A stretch of 64,000 nt of DNA from Octopus vulgaris (GCA_951406725.2 OX597839.1:5766001-5830000), one strand, 5' to 3'; shown: positions 12,147 through 25,380, numbered from the stretch's first letter. The notes: generated by a model from the sequence alone, not told the origin. Numbers and translations are program-made.

Positions 12147-12968
12147 GCAGACCTCGTCAGAATAATGAGAAATGTGTCACGCATGTGCGAGCCTACAGAA
12201 TTAAAGAGACACATACAGTATTTCATTCACCGCATGCAGTTCTCAGGTTACAGCCATAAAGAAAGGATCAGAGTATACAAAGGAGCCATGAAGAAATTTG
12301 ATAATATATTATGTAATGATAGGAATGGGATTTGCCCACTCTATAGGAACAAGTCATGGAACACTATAGAAAGGACAAAAAAGAAAATAAGGAAGGCCAA
12401 CTCTTGGTATGATAGCCATAAATACCAGAGTGTCATGTTCGTTGACACCACCCCTGGAGGTGAACTAGCGTACCGCTTTAGAAGGACCCTAGATAAACTT
12501 AAACTAAGAATTAAGGTTGTTGAAAAGCCAGGCAACCCTATCAGATCTATAATTGGTAGAACCTATCCTTTTAGTAGAACTCTCTGTACGGATAACTATT
12601 GCACTGTATGTAGATTTAGCCCACAAACGAACTGTAAAGCCAGAAATGTGGTCTATAGTATAAGATGTATAGAGGGAAGATGCAGTAACAAGACAGTAAC
12701 ATACGTAGGGGAAACTGCAAGAAGCATTGGTGAGCGGGTGAATGAACATTGGAGACAACTCAAGGAAGGTAAAAGCTCATCGATTCTGTACCAACACGCC
12801 GAACAAGAACACGGGGGATCAATCAATAACATAGAGATTAAGATATTGTCCACACATAGAACAGATGCAACAATTAGACAAATTACAGAAGCTACACATA
12901 TAATAGAAAATAAACCTAGCCTGAATAGAAAACTAGAATGGAGCAATAGCGCACACCACAACATATGA
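12144..12968 (+). CDS. PLE ORF C-terminal part: RT thumb/linker plus Zn-binding GIY-YIG endonuclease; RT core missing
   Basis: RMQFSGY, PLYR, VMFVDTTPGGELA, IKVVEKPG, CxxxxCxx[41 protein letters not shown]; no internal stops. Confidence 0.9.
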   Translation: MADLVRIMRNVSRMCEPTELKRHIQYFIHRMQFSGYSHKERIRVYKGAMKKFDNILCNDRNGICPLYRNKSWNTIERTKKKIRKANSWYDSHKYQSVMFVDTTPGGELAYRFRRTLDKLKLRIKVVEKPGNPIRSIIGRTYPFSRTLCTDNYCTVCRFSPQTNCKARNVVYSIRCIEGRCSNKTVTYVGETARSIGERVNEHWRQLKEGKSSSILYQHAEQEHGGSINNIEIKILSTHRTDATIRQITEATHIIENKPSLNRKLEWSNSAHHNI

Positions 12969-13490
12969 CAATAGTGGATCCTGCAAACATAATAAATACA
13001 CAGGTAATTAAAGAAATAGAAATGAATATCTATGTGTATGTATATGTGTATATATGTGTATATGTATATGTGTATATGTGTGTGTATATATGTATATATA
13101 TATATGTATATGTATATGTATGTATATATATATATATGTATATGTATATTTTTTTTCTTTTTTTTTTTCTCGATTAGATTTATTATTATTATTACTAATA
13201 TTGTTGTTATACATACATACAAGCATATGTAATGATAATAATGGGTGGATGTAAACACATGAACAAAATTAGAACAAAAGCAACAACAACAAAAACAAAA
13301 TACAAATTACAAGAATGTATATAACCAGAAGATACAAATATTACAGACATCCCCCCCACACACACACTAAATAAACATAGACGCACATAGAGATATAAGC
13401 ATGCGCAAATGAAGACATACAATAGAAATACAAAATGGCTGACGGTTAGTAAGGAGAGACACAAGTAAGTGAGAAGAAAACAAAGGACCA

Positions 13491-13533
13491 CTGATGCGGT
13501 CACAGGAGTGTGACGAAAGAACTTTGGCCGAAA
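13491..13533 (+). ncRNA. hammerhead-like core in the PLE 3' repeat; stem I not found
   Basis: CTGATGC-GGTCA..TGGCC-GAAA; the family copy at 26064-26106 has canonical CTGATGA. Confidence 0.45.
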
Positions 13534-13712
13534 TAAGATTAAGATTAATGTAAAAAATAAATATCACTGAAGCAAAATAACACCAAATATATAGTGCGTG
13601 TGTTTTTATTGGCTAAACTGGCAATATGACCATTCCGAAATATAACAATATCTGTTTCAACACACGACTTCACATAAAAATCTTGCACAACAAATATTTA
13701 AACGTATATATA

Positions 13713-13748
<36 letters not shown>

Positions 13749-13854
13749 TTATGTTTGTATGTATGTATTATGTTTGTATGTATGTATTATGTTTGTATGT
13801 ATGTATTATGTATGTATGTATGTATGTGTATACACGCACACACACATATGCACA

Positions 13855-14175
13855 CTACGGACTTCTTTCAGTTTCCAACTACCAAATTGACTCACATGGT
13901 CAGCCCGGGGCTATAACAGAAGACACTTTCCCAGGTACCACGCATCATCATCATTGTTCGACCGTGGTCGAGACAATGGAATTTACTATGTTACTACGCC
14001 AGACTTCACGGTCCATCATAGCATTACGGAGGTCCTGTTGCTGGATGCCTGTATCCCTGGAGATTACACTCACCTACCCTGAAGTAATCTCCGGGTACCA
14101 CGCAGTGGGACTGAACCTGAAGCCATGTGGTTGGGAAGCAATCTTCTTACCGCCGCGCAACCATTTCTGCGCCTA
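13855..14175 (-). mobile_element. SINE family B interrupted by an RTE fragment
   Basis: SINE B sequence resumes at GGTACCACGCAGTGGGACTGAACC. Confidence 0.85.
13945..14092 (-). mobile_element. RTE 3' end with 5' inversion and about 14-bp TSD
   Basis: Reverse complement of the RTE end near 19050-19170 with (GAT)n tail; TSD CC(A/G)GGTACCACGCA at 13931-13944 and 14091-14104; 14066-14092 lies in the opposite orientation. Confidence 0.85.
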
Positions 14176-14614
14176 CGCAGCTCAAAATTTGGAACGTCTT
14201 CGATCATCGACAAACCTAATAAGGGCTTACACGTGGCCAAACAACAACAACAACAACAACAACAAAAACCCAATAGAAGAAGGTACACTGAGGTACACGT
14301 GCTAAAGAGTAAATGACTTAGTAAAGTTCCCATCAAAACCATACTGGTTTGAGTAGAGTTTGAACTCAGCAACGATGAGTATGTTTTTATTCAAATTATC
14401 CATTCACTCAGTTTATCTTCTCGGTCATATGACTGTAGTTGTGGGAAGAGGTGAGAGTGAGAGCCTGGCACGTTTTCTCCCAGCTTCTCTTAAAATTCTG
14501 TAAGTATAGGTCTATGTGTTTGTATTTCTTGCTCCCCCTCTCTCTCTGTGTCTCATAGATGTATGTGTGTGTATATGCATGGGAGAGTATGGTTGTGTGT
14601 GTATGTATATATAC

Positions 14615-14675
<61 letters not shown>

Positions 14676-14746
14676 TATATACATATATATATGCATATAT
14701 ATACATATATACACATATACATATATATATACATATATATATATAC

Positions 14747-14777
<31 letters not shown>

Positions 14778-14872
14778 CATATATATACATATATATATAT
14801 ACATATATATATACATATAAATATACATATATATATACATATATATACATATAAATATACATATATATATAC

Positions 14873-14903
<31 letters not shown>

Positions 14904-14948
14904 CATATATATACATATATATATACATATATATACATATATATACAG

Positions 14949-15017
<69 letters not shown>

Positions 15018-15052
15018 AAGACACACAAACACTTATCTACATATTTCTTCGC

Positions 15053-15087
<35 letters not shown>

Positions 15088-15919
15088 TGCTAACCGAGCA
15101 TACACATACATATAGATAGATATGCACACAAACACTTGCAACGTTAATATCTATGTATATAGGTGTATATGCACATATATGCATATTGTCATGTGCATAT
15201 AATGTATATATATATATATTGTGTGTATGTATGTGTATATACACATATAAATATTTTGGTGTTGTGCGCGCGCGTTTGTATATATATATAAACACCTGTA
15301 TATATGCATATCCAACATACACACCTACACACACATAAGGACGTGTGTATGTGTGTGTGTTTGTGTGTGCGTATGTGTGTGTATATGTGTGTATATGTGT
15401 GTGTATATGTGTGTATATGTGTGTGTGCGTGCACCAATTACATACGCGTCAGAACGTATGATTTTGAAAACGTCTTTTCATTACTTGCGACTGACTTCTA
15501 AACGTTAAAGCTGTTCCGTGTAATTATTCGCATTTAGTTCTTCTCCGTTTCGTCTAGTTGTTATTCCGTGCCATATTCCTTTGATAGATGAAATTCTATA
15601 GAATTTACCGTTCAAGCTAGTCAAAGACATACTTCCGAGGAAGCTGCACGCTGACGATGAGTTATACAAACATATACAATAAGCTGCCCGTTTGTTTCAA
15701 ACGATGTAATTCTCGTTTCGCTGATTTCTTCAGACCAAACTTTGAAGAGAATCTTTGTACAAGTCTATTTGGAATGCAATACTTTCGAAATACCAACAGC
15801 TAACTTTTAAAATGTTTTTGTTATTCAAATGATCCAAGCCAGATTCTGTTTCAAGTGCGTAGATTACGTTTCCTCTCGTCTTTTCTCCCACTCACCCCCT
15901 TTACAAATACATTACCATA

Positions 15920-16081
15920 GGCGCAGGTGTGGCTGTGTGGTAAGAAGCTTGCTTCTCAGCCACATGGTCCCGGGATCAGTCTCACTGCGGGGCACTTTCA
16001 GCAAATGCCTTCTACTATAGCCTCGGGGCGACTAAAGCCTTGTGAGTGAATTTGGTAGACAGAAACTGAAAGAAGTCTGTC

Positions 16082-16083
<2 letters not shown>
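15920..16083 (+). mobile_element. SINE family B, 5' half
   Basis: GGCGCAGGTGTGGCTGTGTGGTAAG head through GAAAGAAGTCTGTCG. Confidence 0.85.
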
Positions 16084-16112
<29 letters not shown>

Positions 16113-16113
<1 letters not shown>

Positions 16114-16315
16114 TTTATTTAAAGCAGCAGAAAATTCAACAAAACCTGTTACTCTGAGTTTCACGTTCCCAAAAACTGTCCGACGAACGGGAACGTGAAA
16201 CTCAGAGTAACAGGTTTTGTTGAATTTTCTGCTGCTTTAAATAAAGCATATTACTCTACCACTGGTATTTGAGTACTCTTTTTTCCACCTTGTTTCACAT
16301 TTATGTGTTTACTCC

Positions 16316-16317
<2 letters not shown>
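16113..16317 (+). mobile_element. miniature HHR-bearing PLE-type element with 58-bp inverted arm
   Basis: Arms 16113-16170 and 16189-16246; TA-flanked; second family copy at 59581. Confidence 0.85.
16176..16213 (+). ncRNA. minimal type I hammerhead, CCGACGA core variant
   Basis: Stem I CTGT/ACAG; stem II ACG-GGAA-CGT; GAAACT-CAG-AGT-A; predicted cut after 16209. Confidence 0.8.
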
Positions 16318-16376
<59 letters not shown>

Positions 16377-16379
<3 letters not shown>

Positions 16380-16578
16380 ATCCAAAAATGAAGACACAAA
16401 GAGAAAACACAACAACGCGAGGACGTGGAACAAATATAGTATTATTGGACACTCAGGAAAGAAGGAAAGAAGGAGGGTTTAACGTTTCGAGCGGAGCTCT
16501 TCGTCGGAAACGTAGGAGAAGGAAAGATCCAGAGAAGGGAAGACAAAGGAAAAAAAATCGCCAACGGTGCACACGCGG
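16377..16578 (-). mobile_element. miniature HHR-bearing element (HHR 16477-16511, CCGACGA core)
   Basis: Minus strand: GTTT-CCGACGA-A-GAGC-TCC-GCTC-GAAACGTT-AAAC. Confidence 0.75.
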
Positions 16579-16755
16579 TAGGGAGAGTTTACGAAAAAAA
16601 AAACAAAAGACGAAGACAGGTGGTGTACAAAACAAACAGATGTATTAGTATAACGCTCAGGAATAGAAAAAGTCTTTTACGTTTCGAGCCTACGCTCTTC
16701 TACAGAAAGGGACACAGAAAAACAAGGAGAGGAAAAAAAAGGAGAGAAAAAAATA
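16579..16755 (-). mobile_element. miniature HHR-bearing element (HHR 16674-16709, CTGTAGA core)
   Basis: Minus strand: CTTT-CTGTAGA-A-GAGC-GTAG-GCTC-GAAACGTA-AAAG; second copy 32690-32855. Confidence 0.78.
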
Positions 16756-17582
16756 TATATATGGGGCACAGAAAGTGTGTCAATAGCCAGCTGGAGAAGG
16801 TGTTCTCCTGGGGCTACAAGCTACAGTAACATCCACCCTTAGTTTATTTTTGGACTACTTCACTTTGAAGGTGCGAGTATTAGCGGTGTTGTGTTAAGTT
16901 CTGTACTGGTACATCTGACAGTCATTGTTGTTCCTATTTAGCCTAAGCTAATTTGTCTCTGACAGTCCGAGACTTGATAGCAACCAGACATGTTAATGAT
17001 GATATCGTCAATGGTGACGAAAGGGACGAAAGGGCTTTCATAAGCTTAGTTGATTGATTTGCCGAACGACTGATCAAACAGTCTATTAGTTAATTGGCCA
17101 ACTCTCTAACCAATTGACTAATAAAATTAAAGAAGTGAAATACAACCAATGCATGTGTTTATTATGGCAGTGTGACCCTCACTACACGAGTTTGTATCAA
17201 TAATGTTGCAAAACAGCTTGAATGATTGCCCTTGTATTTGAGTGTGAACTGAGGGAGATTTTGCTGCTGTTACTAACAGAGCCACGAATCCTCACCTAGA
17301 CATTCTTCCACTGACTCTCCCCCTTCCTCTCCCTTCACCTCTCTCTTCATCTCTTCACTTCCCTTTCTCAGTTTCCTCCCTCTCTCTCTCCCGCTGTCTC
17401 TCTCTCTCTTTCTCTTTCCCCTCTATCTCCCTCTCTAGGTCTTTCCCTCTCTTTTCTCTCGATGTCTCTCTCGTAGCGCCTACAGGTCTGAGTTACTACT
17501 ACTTAAATCCTAGAACAGTTTCGATTTTTTCTTTACACACACATACACACACACACACTCACGCACACACATACACACACAT

Positions 17583-17654
<72 letters not shown>

Positions 17655-17771
17655 GCACACACACACGCGCACACACACACACACACACACACGCGCACAC
17701 ACACACGCGCACACACACGCACATACACACACACACACGCACACACACAAACGCGCGTACACACACACACG

Positions 17772-17828
<57 letters not shown>

Positions 17829-17848
17829 ATACATATACATATATATAC

Positions 17849-17972
<124 letters not shown>

Positions 17973-18419
17973 CAGACTGCCTATATCGTGCATGGAACTT
18001 TTTGTTTCATATTTGTGGAAGCGAATGAAAGCATATAAACATATGAACTGTCTGTCTCACTTAACATCACCCAGATGATTAAATTTGGAACTGATCGCAT
18101 TTACAGTAATTATTAAAATAACGAAACATCATTCAGAGAGAAAAAAATGGATATATGATTGTGTAATTATTGTTGTTGTTGTTGTTGTAGCTGTTGTTGT
18201 TGTAAATACAATAGACTGACGGAATTGTTAGAGCTCAAGTACCTTCAAATATGTTTTTAACTATCTTCTAAGTTCAAATCCTGTTGATGTCATCTTTGCG
18301 TTTTGCTCCTTTGGATTCGATAAAATAATGTACCAGTCAAGAGCTGAGGTCCTGGGGTCCTCAAAAATAGCAAAGTATAACAGACTACGTGCTTGATAAT
18401 AATAACAAGCACCTATGTA

Positions 18420-19175
18420 ATGATACGCATAAGATCTGGTCATCAAATCTAAGTAGGGACTTCAAACTTGAAATCTTCAAAGCCACAGTCGAACCAATTC
18501 TACTATATGGCTCAGAAACCTAGACGTTATCAAAGAGGCTTGAGAGACAGTTGGATGGAACTTACACTCGCCTCCTTATGAAAGCACAAAATCTCTAGTG
18601 GAAGCGTCATCCAACCAAATTACAATTATATGGAAAATTACCACCTGTATCATCTCTTGTGAAAGGTAGAAGAGTCCAGTTTGCTGGACATTGTTGTAGA
18701 GCTAAAAACGAGGTAATTTCTGCTCTTCTCCTCTGGAAGCCACCTACTCGCAATACCAGAGGGCGCATACACTCCTACCCTGATGTAATCTCCAGGGATA
18801 CAGGGATACAGGCATCCAGCAACAGGACCTCCGTAATGCTATGATGGACCGTGAAGTCTAGCGTAGCATAGTAAATTCCATTGTATCGACCACGGTCGAA
18901 CAATGATGATGATGATGATCTCTTGTGAAAGGTAGAAGAGTCCAGTTTGCTGGACATTTTTGTAGAGCTGAAAACGAGGTAATTTCTGCTCTTCTCCTCT
19001 GGAAGCCATCTACTCGCAATACCAGAGGGCGCACACTCTCCTACCCTGATGTAATCTCCAGGGATACAGGCATCCAGCAACAGGACCTCCGTAATTCTAT
19101 GATGGACCGTGAAGTCTGGCGTAGCATAGTAAATTCCATTGTCTCGGCCACGGTCGAACAATGATGATGACGATG
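18420..19175 (+). mobile_element. 5'-truncated RTE-clade LINE with tandemly duplicated 3' end
   Basis: Translates KIWSSNLSRDFKLEIFKATVEPILLYGSET*..RRVQFAGH..DREVWR; two (GAT)n tails; TSD AGCACCTATGTA at 18408-18419 and 19176-19187. Confidence 0.92.
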
Positions 19176-19427
19176 AGCACCTATGTACTTGGCCAATTGA
19201 AAACTATGTAATTACCGTTCGTAAATGTTTTTACGAACAAACTCATTTAATGAATATTTCACTTTTGGATTTGGTTTGCAAGATTCTTTATGTGAGTTCG
19301 TGTGTTGAAGCATATTCTGTTGTGTCTGGGGAGAGTCATTTTCTTTTTGTGCCTTATTATTTAACACATTCACTGGTAAAATTTCCACTTCGGTAATTTG
19401 GTACGATCGTTTCACGCAACAAATTGT

Positions 19428-19580
19428 ATGGGCTTCCTTCAGTTTCCGTCTACTAGATCCACTCACAAGTTTTTGGTTGGTTCGAAGCTATGATAGGAGG
19501 CACTTGGCCAAGGTGCCACACAGTGGGACTGAACCTGGAACCATGTGGTTGGGAAGCAAGCTTCTTTCCACACAGCCATG
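19428..19580 (-). mobile_element. SINE family B, 5' half
   Basis: Reverse complement of the family B head. Confidence 0.82.
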
Positions 19581-19748
19581 CACACAAAGATGGAGTGTGT
19601 GTGTGTAATCTGTCTGTGTGTTTCGTTGCATAAAAGAAGGAATCAACGTTTCTAAATAAGAAGAAAAAAAATCAGGAACACCTTTGAAGAATGTATACAC
19701 TAAAGAGTCAAACATATATATATATATAATACACACACACACACACAC

Positions 19749-19795
<47 letters not shown>

Positions 19796-19820
19796 CTTTA
19801 ACGCACACACACACATACAC

Positions 19821-19858
<38 letters not shown>

Positions 19859-20088
19859 TTATAACCTCTTTAACGCACACATACACATACACACACACAC
19901 ATGCATACATACATATATATATATACACACACTATTTAACACACACATGTACATATACGTATGCACACATATACAGATAATACGTATAATGTGCATCGAC
20001 TGATGTATTTATCTGCTAAAATCACAGTCTCAATGTAAGTATAAATGCGTACGTCTATGCTTATATATAATTATACATACATACAAAC

Positions 20089-20132
<44 letters not shown>

Positions 20133-20949
20133 ATATAATATAATATTATATAAATATATATATACACATACACACACACAGACACACACATATATATAAA
20201 TATATATATATATATATAGATAGATATATTTATATACCCTATACCCGCGCAGAAATTTGTGTGCATACATATGTATATATCAAGGCCTATTCGCGTTTCC
20301 ATAGTAAAGATTGAAGAACAGTGTACAGCGTGACTTTAAGTTTGTATACTCTCGCATTTCTCAATCTATTTGCATATCCGAGTGTACGTATAAAAATACA
20401 TACCTACAATATACATAGACACGTGTATGTAAACACACCTATACATCCACACAAACGCATTTATATATGGAGGAGGATATCCATATTGGTGTACACGAGT
20501 GGATATTAATAGCAAACGTGCCATACAATGTAGCCAACAGAATTGGAATGCAAGAAGCAGATATGCAAATATAGGAAATGCGTGTATACATTGTTTACTC
20601 TATGCATGAAGGGGTACATCTATTGATGGATGTTTAACTTTGTGCATCCATATATAAATTAAATGCATAGATCCGAGTGTACATAACGTGGATGTGTGTG
20701 TGTGTCTGTGTGGGCATGTTCGTGTGTGTGTGTGTTTGCGTTCGGGAATGTGTAGATGTACTTCGTGTTTTATATATATATATTTTTTTTTATATGCATG
20801 AAAGTGTAAATGTATATGTATGTATGTATTATGTATGTATATATATATATGTTCGTAGACCCGCATACATACCTGCGTGCATGCGTAAGTATGCGTGGGT
20901 GCTTATGTATACACACACACACATACACATATATATATATATATGCATA

Positions 20950-21029
<80 letters not shown>

Positions 21030-21061
21030 TGCATGTATATATATATGTATATATATGTATA

Positions 21062-21120
<59 letters not shown>

Positions 21121-21419
21121 TATGTCAGTCGAAGTATCACTCTCTTGTGCTTGTGAAATATTCGTAAGTAAAGACGGTGTGTCTTGTGTGTGTATATACG
21201 TAGATACATATTACTGTGCTCGTCCACTTATATATATATATAAACATGTTTATGTGTACGCTTGCGTGTGTGTGTGTGTTGGAGATCATATGTGCGCCAT
21301 TACTCATTTATATATTCACGTCATTTCAGTATACACGCATTCCCATATATCCATGCATATATGCAATTTTTACTTGCATGAATATACATATACATACATG
21401 CACTCCACACAAACACACA

Positions 21420-21488
<69 letters not shown>

Positions 21489-21693
21489 AAGAGAATTATA
21501 CAAACGTATATATACACACTTGTGTGTATACAGCCACTGCTATACATTTGTTTAAGAATGCATAAATGCATAAGTCTACCTGTATATATTTAGCTATGCA
21601 TCGTTGCATCTACTTGAATGTTTTTCCTTGCATGTGTCTGAGCGACTGCGTGTGCACGAATACAAGAACATGCATACTGCACAATTTTATACA

Positions 21694-21732
<39 letters not shown>

Positions 21733-21992
21733 TTTCACCATTAATCATTTCCTGTAATATACCTGTACATAGGTATGATTATATGCGCATATGCATATGC
21801 ATCTCTTTGAGTTGTTTGTTAGATGCAGTTTTTGTGTGTGGTGTGTGTGGTGTGTGTGTTTGTGTGATATTTGTTATGTATTGAATGCGATATATATGCG
21901 ATAATCATATACTCACATAATATATTTCTATACGATCAGACAAACGCTGAAGCATGCATATATATATATACATATATATATACATATATATA

Positions 21993-22111
<119 letters not shown>

Positions 22112-22674
22112 TATATATATATATATATGTATGTATATAAATGCATATATATATATGTATGTATATATATCCATATATATATATGTTTGTATATATATCC
22201 ATATATATATATATATATGTATGTATATATATATATGCATACACACATACTTAAACGCAAACGAGCATAGATATTTATGTGCATATGGAGACATACAGAC
22301 AGACACACATACTTAGATATATGTGAATAACAATATATATATATATATATATATATCCCTTCACACAAACACTGGAGCATATATATACACATACTTAAAC
22401 ACGCACAAACGTATTTATGCACATGTGAAGACGCACAAACGCACACACATACTTGAATATACGCGTATATGCATAGACACACATATAGATATACTTAAGT
22501 ATGCGCATATACATATACTTATATATACACATATAACAATATGTTTCTATACATTCACGAAAACACTGAAGTGCATATTAGAGAAAATACTAGAGAAATA
22601 ACTGGGTAACCAGAAGCGTGTATCTGAATAACATAGACAACTGCGTGTATACCAGACAGCATACTACATGCATT

Positions 22675-23036
22675 ACTCTTGTACTTGTTTCAGTCATTTG
22701 ACTGCGGCCATGCTGGAGCACCGCCTTTAATTGCAAGCAACTCGACCCCGGGAACTTATTCTTTTGTAAGCCCAGTACTTATTCTATCAGTCTTCTTTTG
22801 CCGAACCGCTAAGTAACGGGGACGTAAACACACCAGCATCGGTTGTCAAGCAATGCTAGGGGGACAAACACAGACACACAAACACACACGCATACATATA
22901 TATATATATACATATATACATACGACAGGCTTCTTTCAGTTTCCGTCTACCAAATCTACTCACAACGCAGTGGGACTGAACCCGGAACCATGTGGTTGGT
23001 TAGCAAGCTACTTACCACACAGCCACTCCTGCGGCT
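22675..23036 (-). mobile_element. SINE family B with internal deletion
   Basis: Tail through head present; segment between CTCACAA and CGCAGTGG missing. Confidence 0.85.
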
Positions 23037-23366
23037 ATATATATATATATATATGCACTTTTGTAATACTTAGATATTGCATATGTACGTCTGGCCACAT
23101 GTATGTCTTTAACAAATATATATTATATCTTTATTATAACACACCAGCATCGGTTGTCAAGCAATGCTAGGGGGACAAACACGGACACACAAACACACAC
23201 ACATACATATATATATACATATATACGACAGGTTTCTTTCAGTTTCCGTCTACCAAATTCACTCGCAAGGCATTGGTCGGCCCGAGGCTATAGCAGAAGA
23301 CACTTGCCCAAGGTGCCACGCAGTGGGACTGAACCCGGAAGCATGTGGTTGGTTAGCAAGCTACTT

Positions 23367-25349
23367 TATTTCAAAACATTTGCCATAAAGGCAGTACACA
23401 GATTAAGTTAGCTTTGCGGGCTGGACGAGGACATTAATGAGGTGAATGATAATGAAAGAAAGATGATAAGGATGGGAGAAGACAGAAAGCGCCCGCCGAC
23501 TTTTGCTTCTCTAAAACATTGTTCTTTTTAAAAAAGATTAACACAAAACGAGGTATTAAACCTCTTACAATTTTTCCAATTTTGGGCTTAGCAGTCCATT
23601 ATTAATACAAAACGAGGTATTAATCCTCTTACAATTTTTCAATTTTTGGACTTAAGTCCATTACTAATAATACATATCGTCCTCGAAATAGCTTGTGCCC
23701 GCGCCCTCCACCATCAACCACGCCTCCCTCAGAACGTAGTCAAGTTCCGAGTTCGCGTCGCCCGGGACCAAGTTATAGTCTTCATTGAGCTCCTTTAGCC
23801 CTAGCGTCACGTCGAACGCCACGGCCTCCACAGCTACCTGCGGAGGCCATTCGGGGTCCTGTGTGAAGGCTAAAGGTGCTCCCTTGTAGTGCTCTTCCAT
23901 CACTTTTTCAATTTCTCCTCCTCTATAGAAGAGGACCAATACATTCAGTTCTTTCGTTGGCGGCACAGTTTCCGCCAACGGTATTCCTTCTCTTGTCGGT
24001 GGCACAACCCCAACCGACGTAGTTCCGCGACATTCCGGTGCCACACTGACAGCCGGCAACGTCCCGTTTTTCTTCCTCTTTTTCTTTTTTTTTCCCTTTT
24101 CAACTGAGGGAGGGTGCGTCTCCTCCGTGGCTGGAAGATTCGCCCTCCTCTCCTCATCCCTATTATCCTTTGGTGAGCACCCATTGTTGCTCACCTTCCT
24201 CTTTCGGCCTCTGCTTGAGGAGTCCTCTGCTTTCTCGGCTGTTATCGTTCCCTCTTCTAGAGGGGTTTTACTTAACTGTTCCGGGATCCTATTTTGTTCC
24301 CGAGGACAGTTCTTCTTTATGTGGCCGGACTCCAAGCACCGATGACACTTAGGGGGCGACCCTCAAGCATCACCGGGTACCTGCACCCGGCCATTTTCAA
24401 AAATCTGGAAAAACCAGATTGGCTGATTGGGTCCACAGGGTCAAAACTGCTTTCGAGCCAACCCAAGCAGCCGCAGGAAGAACTTTTACATTGAGGAGCT
24501 TAGTTTCGCTGTCACCCAGACCCCGGCGGATAGTCTCCTCTATCCACTCGGGTTCTATGTCGGGTGGCAGTCCGCAGATCCAAGCTTTCATTAATTTCTT
24601 TTTTTGTAAGTGGGCAGGAATAAGATTTCCTTACCCTCCAAGGGTTCGCTAGCAAATTTGCAAGCCTCTTCAGGGGTGTCAAACAGCAACCACACCGTTC
24701 CATATTTGACACCTCTGGAAATGAATTTAATTGTTGGCAAATACTCCTCCAACTCCTCCTCAATTGCCGTCTTTTCGAATAGGGCGATGGTGTCAAGTGC
24801 CTTGGAGTAGGTTCTCAACACCACCGTCCTATCTTCACGGTCCTTCAACCACTTTTTGGGTGGTATGATTTCCCACTCCAAAACTTTGTTATTTTTCATT
24901 GCCATGTTTTTTAAAAAATATATTCAAATTAGACTCAAAAGCAGGAAGAAAAAAGTTCAAAAGTCTAAATAAATTTGATAGATTTTTGAAAAAACAAAAA
25001 GGAGAAAGCACAACAGAAGGGAAGAAATTAACGGAAAGTCGCAATAAAGAAAAAACAAAAGGGGGGGGGGGGTAAATGAAGTTCAAAAGAAAGTTAATAA
25101 ACAGAAAAAACACAGCAAAAATATTCTGCGGTACTCCCGGCCTGGGTTGAACCTGGAACGCCGCAACTGCAACACAACCTCCACAAAAATGGGTCCGAAA
25201 GGTAATCCAATAGTGGCTTATTTTTATACTTTTCTTGCGAAGTACTCTGACAAGGGAATAAATTCAGCAAACTCAAACACAGCACTGGTTACTGCCAACG
25301 GTAATTTTAACAGTAACTGTATTGAATCTTGAGTATACGCCCCTCCACT

Positions 25350-25380
<31 letters not shown>

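Larger units (their letters stand above)
10841..13703 (+). mobile_element. Penelope-like retroelement (Naiad-like), 5'-truncated, with upstream inverted partial copy
   Basis: Near-identical inverted arms 10841-12146 and 12355-13651; GIY-YIG ORF; (TA)n on both sides. Confidence 0.92.

Noticed and set aside
13491-13540. SECIS element in the Naiad-like 3' region
   Set aside because: No apical AA at the expected spacing, ATGC instead of ATGA in the young copy, and no in-frame UGA in the visible ORF
10841-13651. Palindrome as a pure assembly artefact
   Set aside because: The asymmetric spacer and 3' extension match the independent TSD-flanked copy at 25836-26277; reads are still needed to exclude an artefact fully
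15708-15740. Weak HHR relics (also about 41575-41605, 43717-43748 and 61458-61482)
   Set aside because: Only part of the core, or stems missing; could be chance
16388-16829. Basic 86-aa and 69-aa ORFs
   Set aside because: Purine-rich antisense strand of the HHR mini-elements
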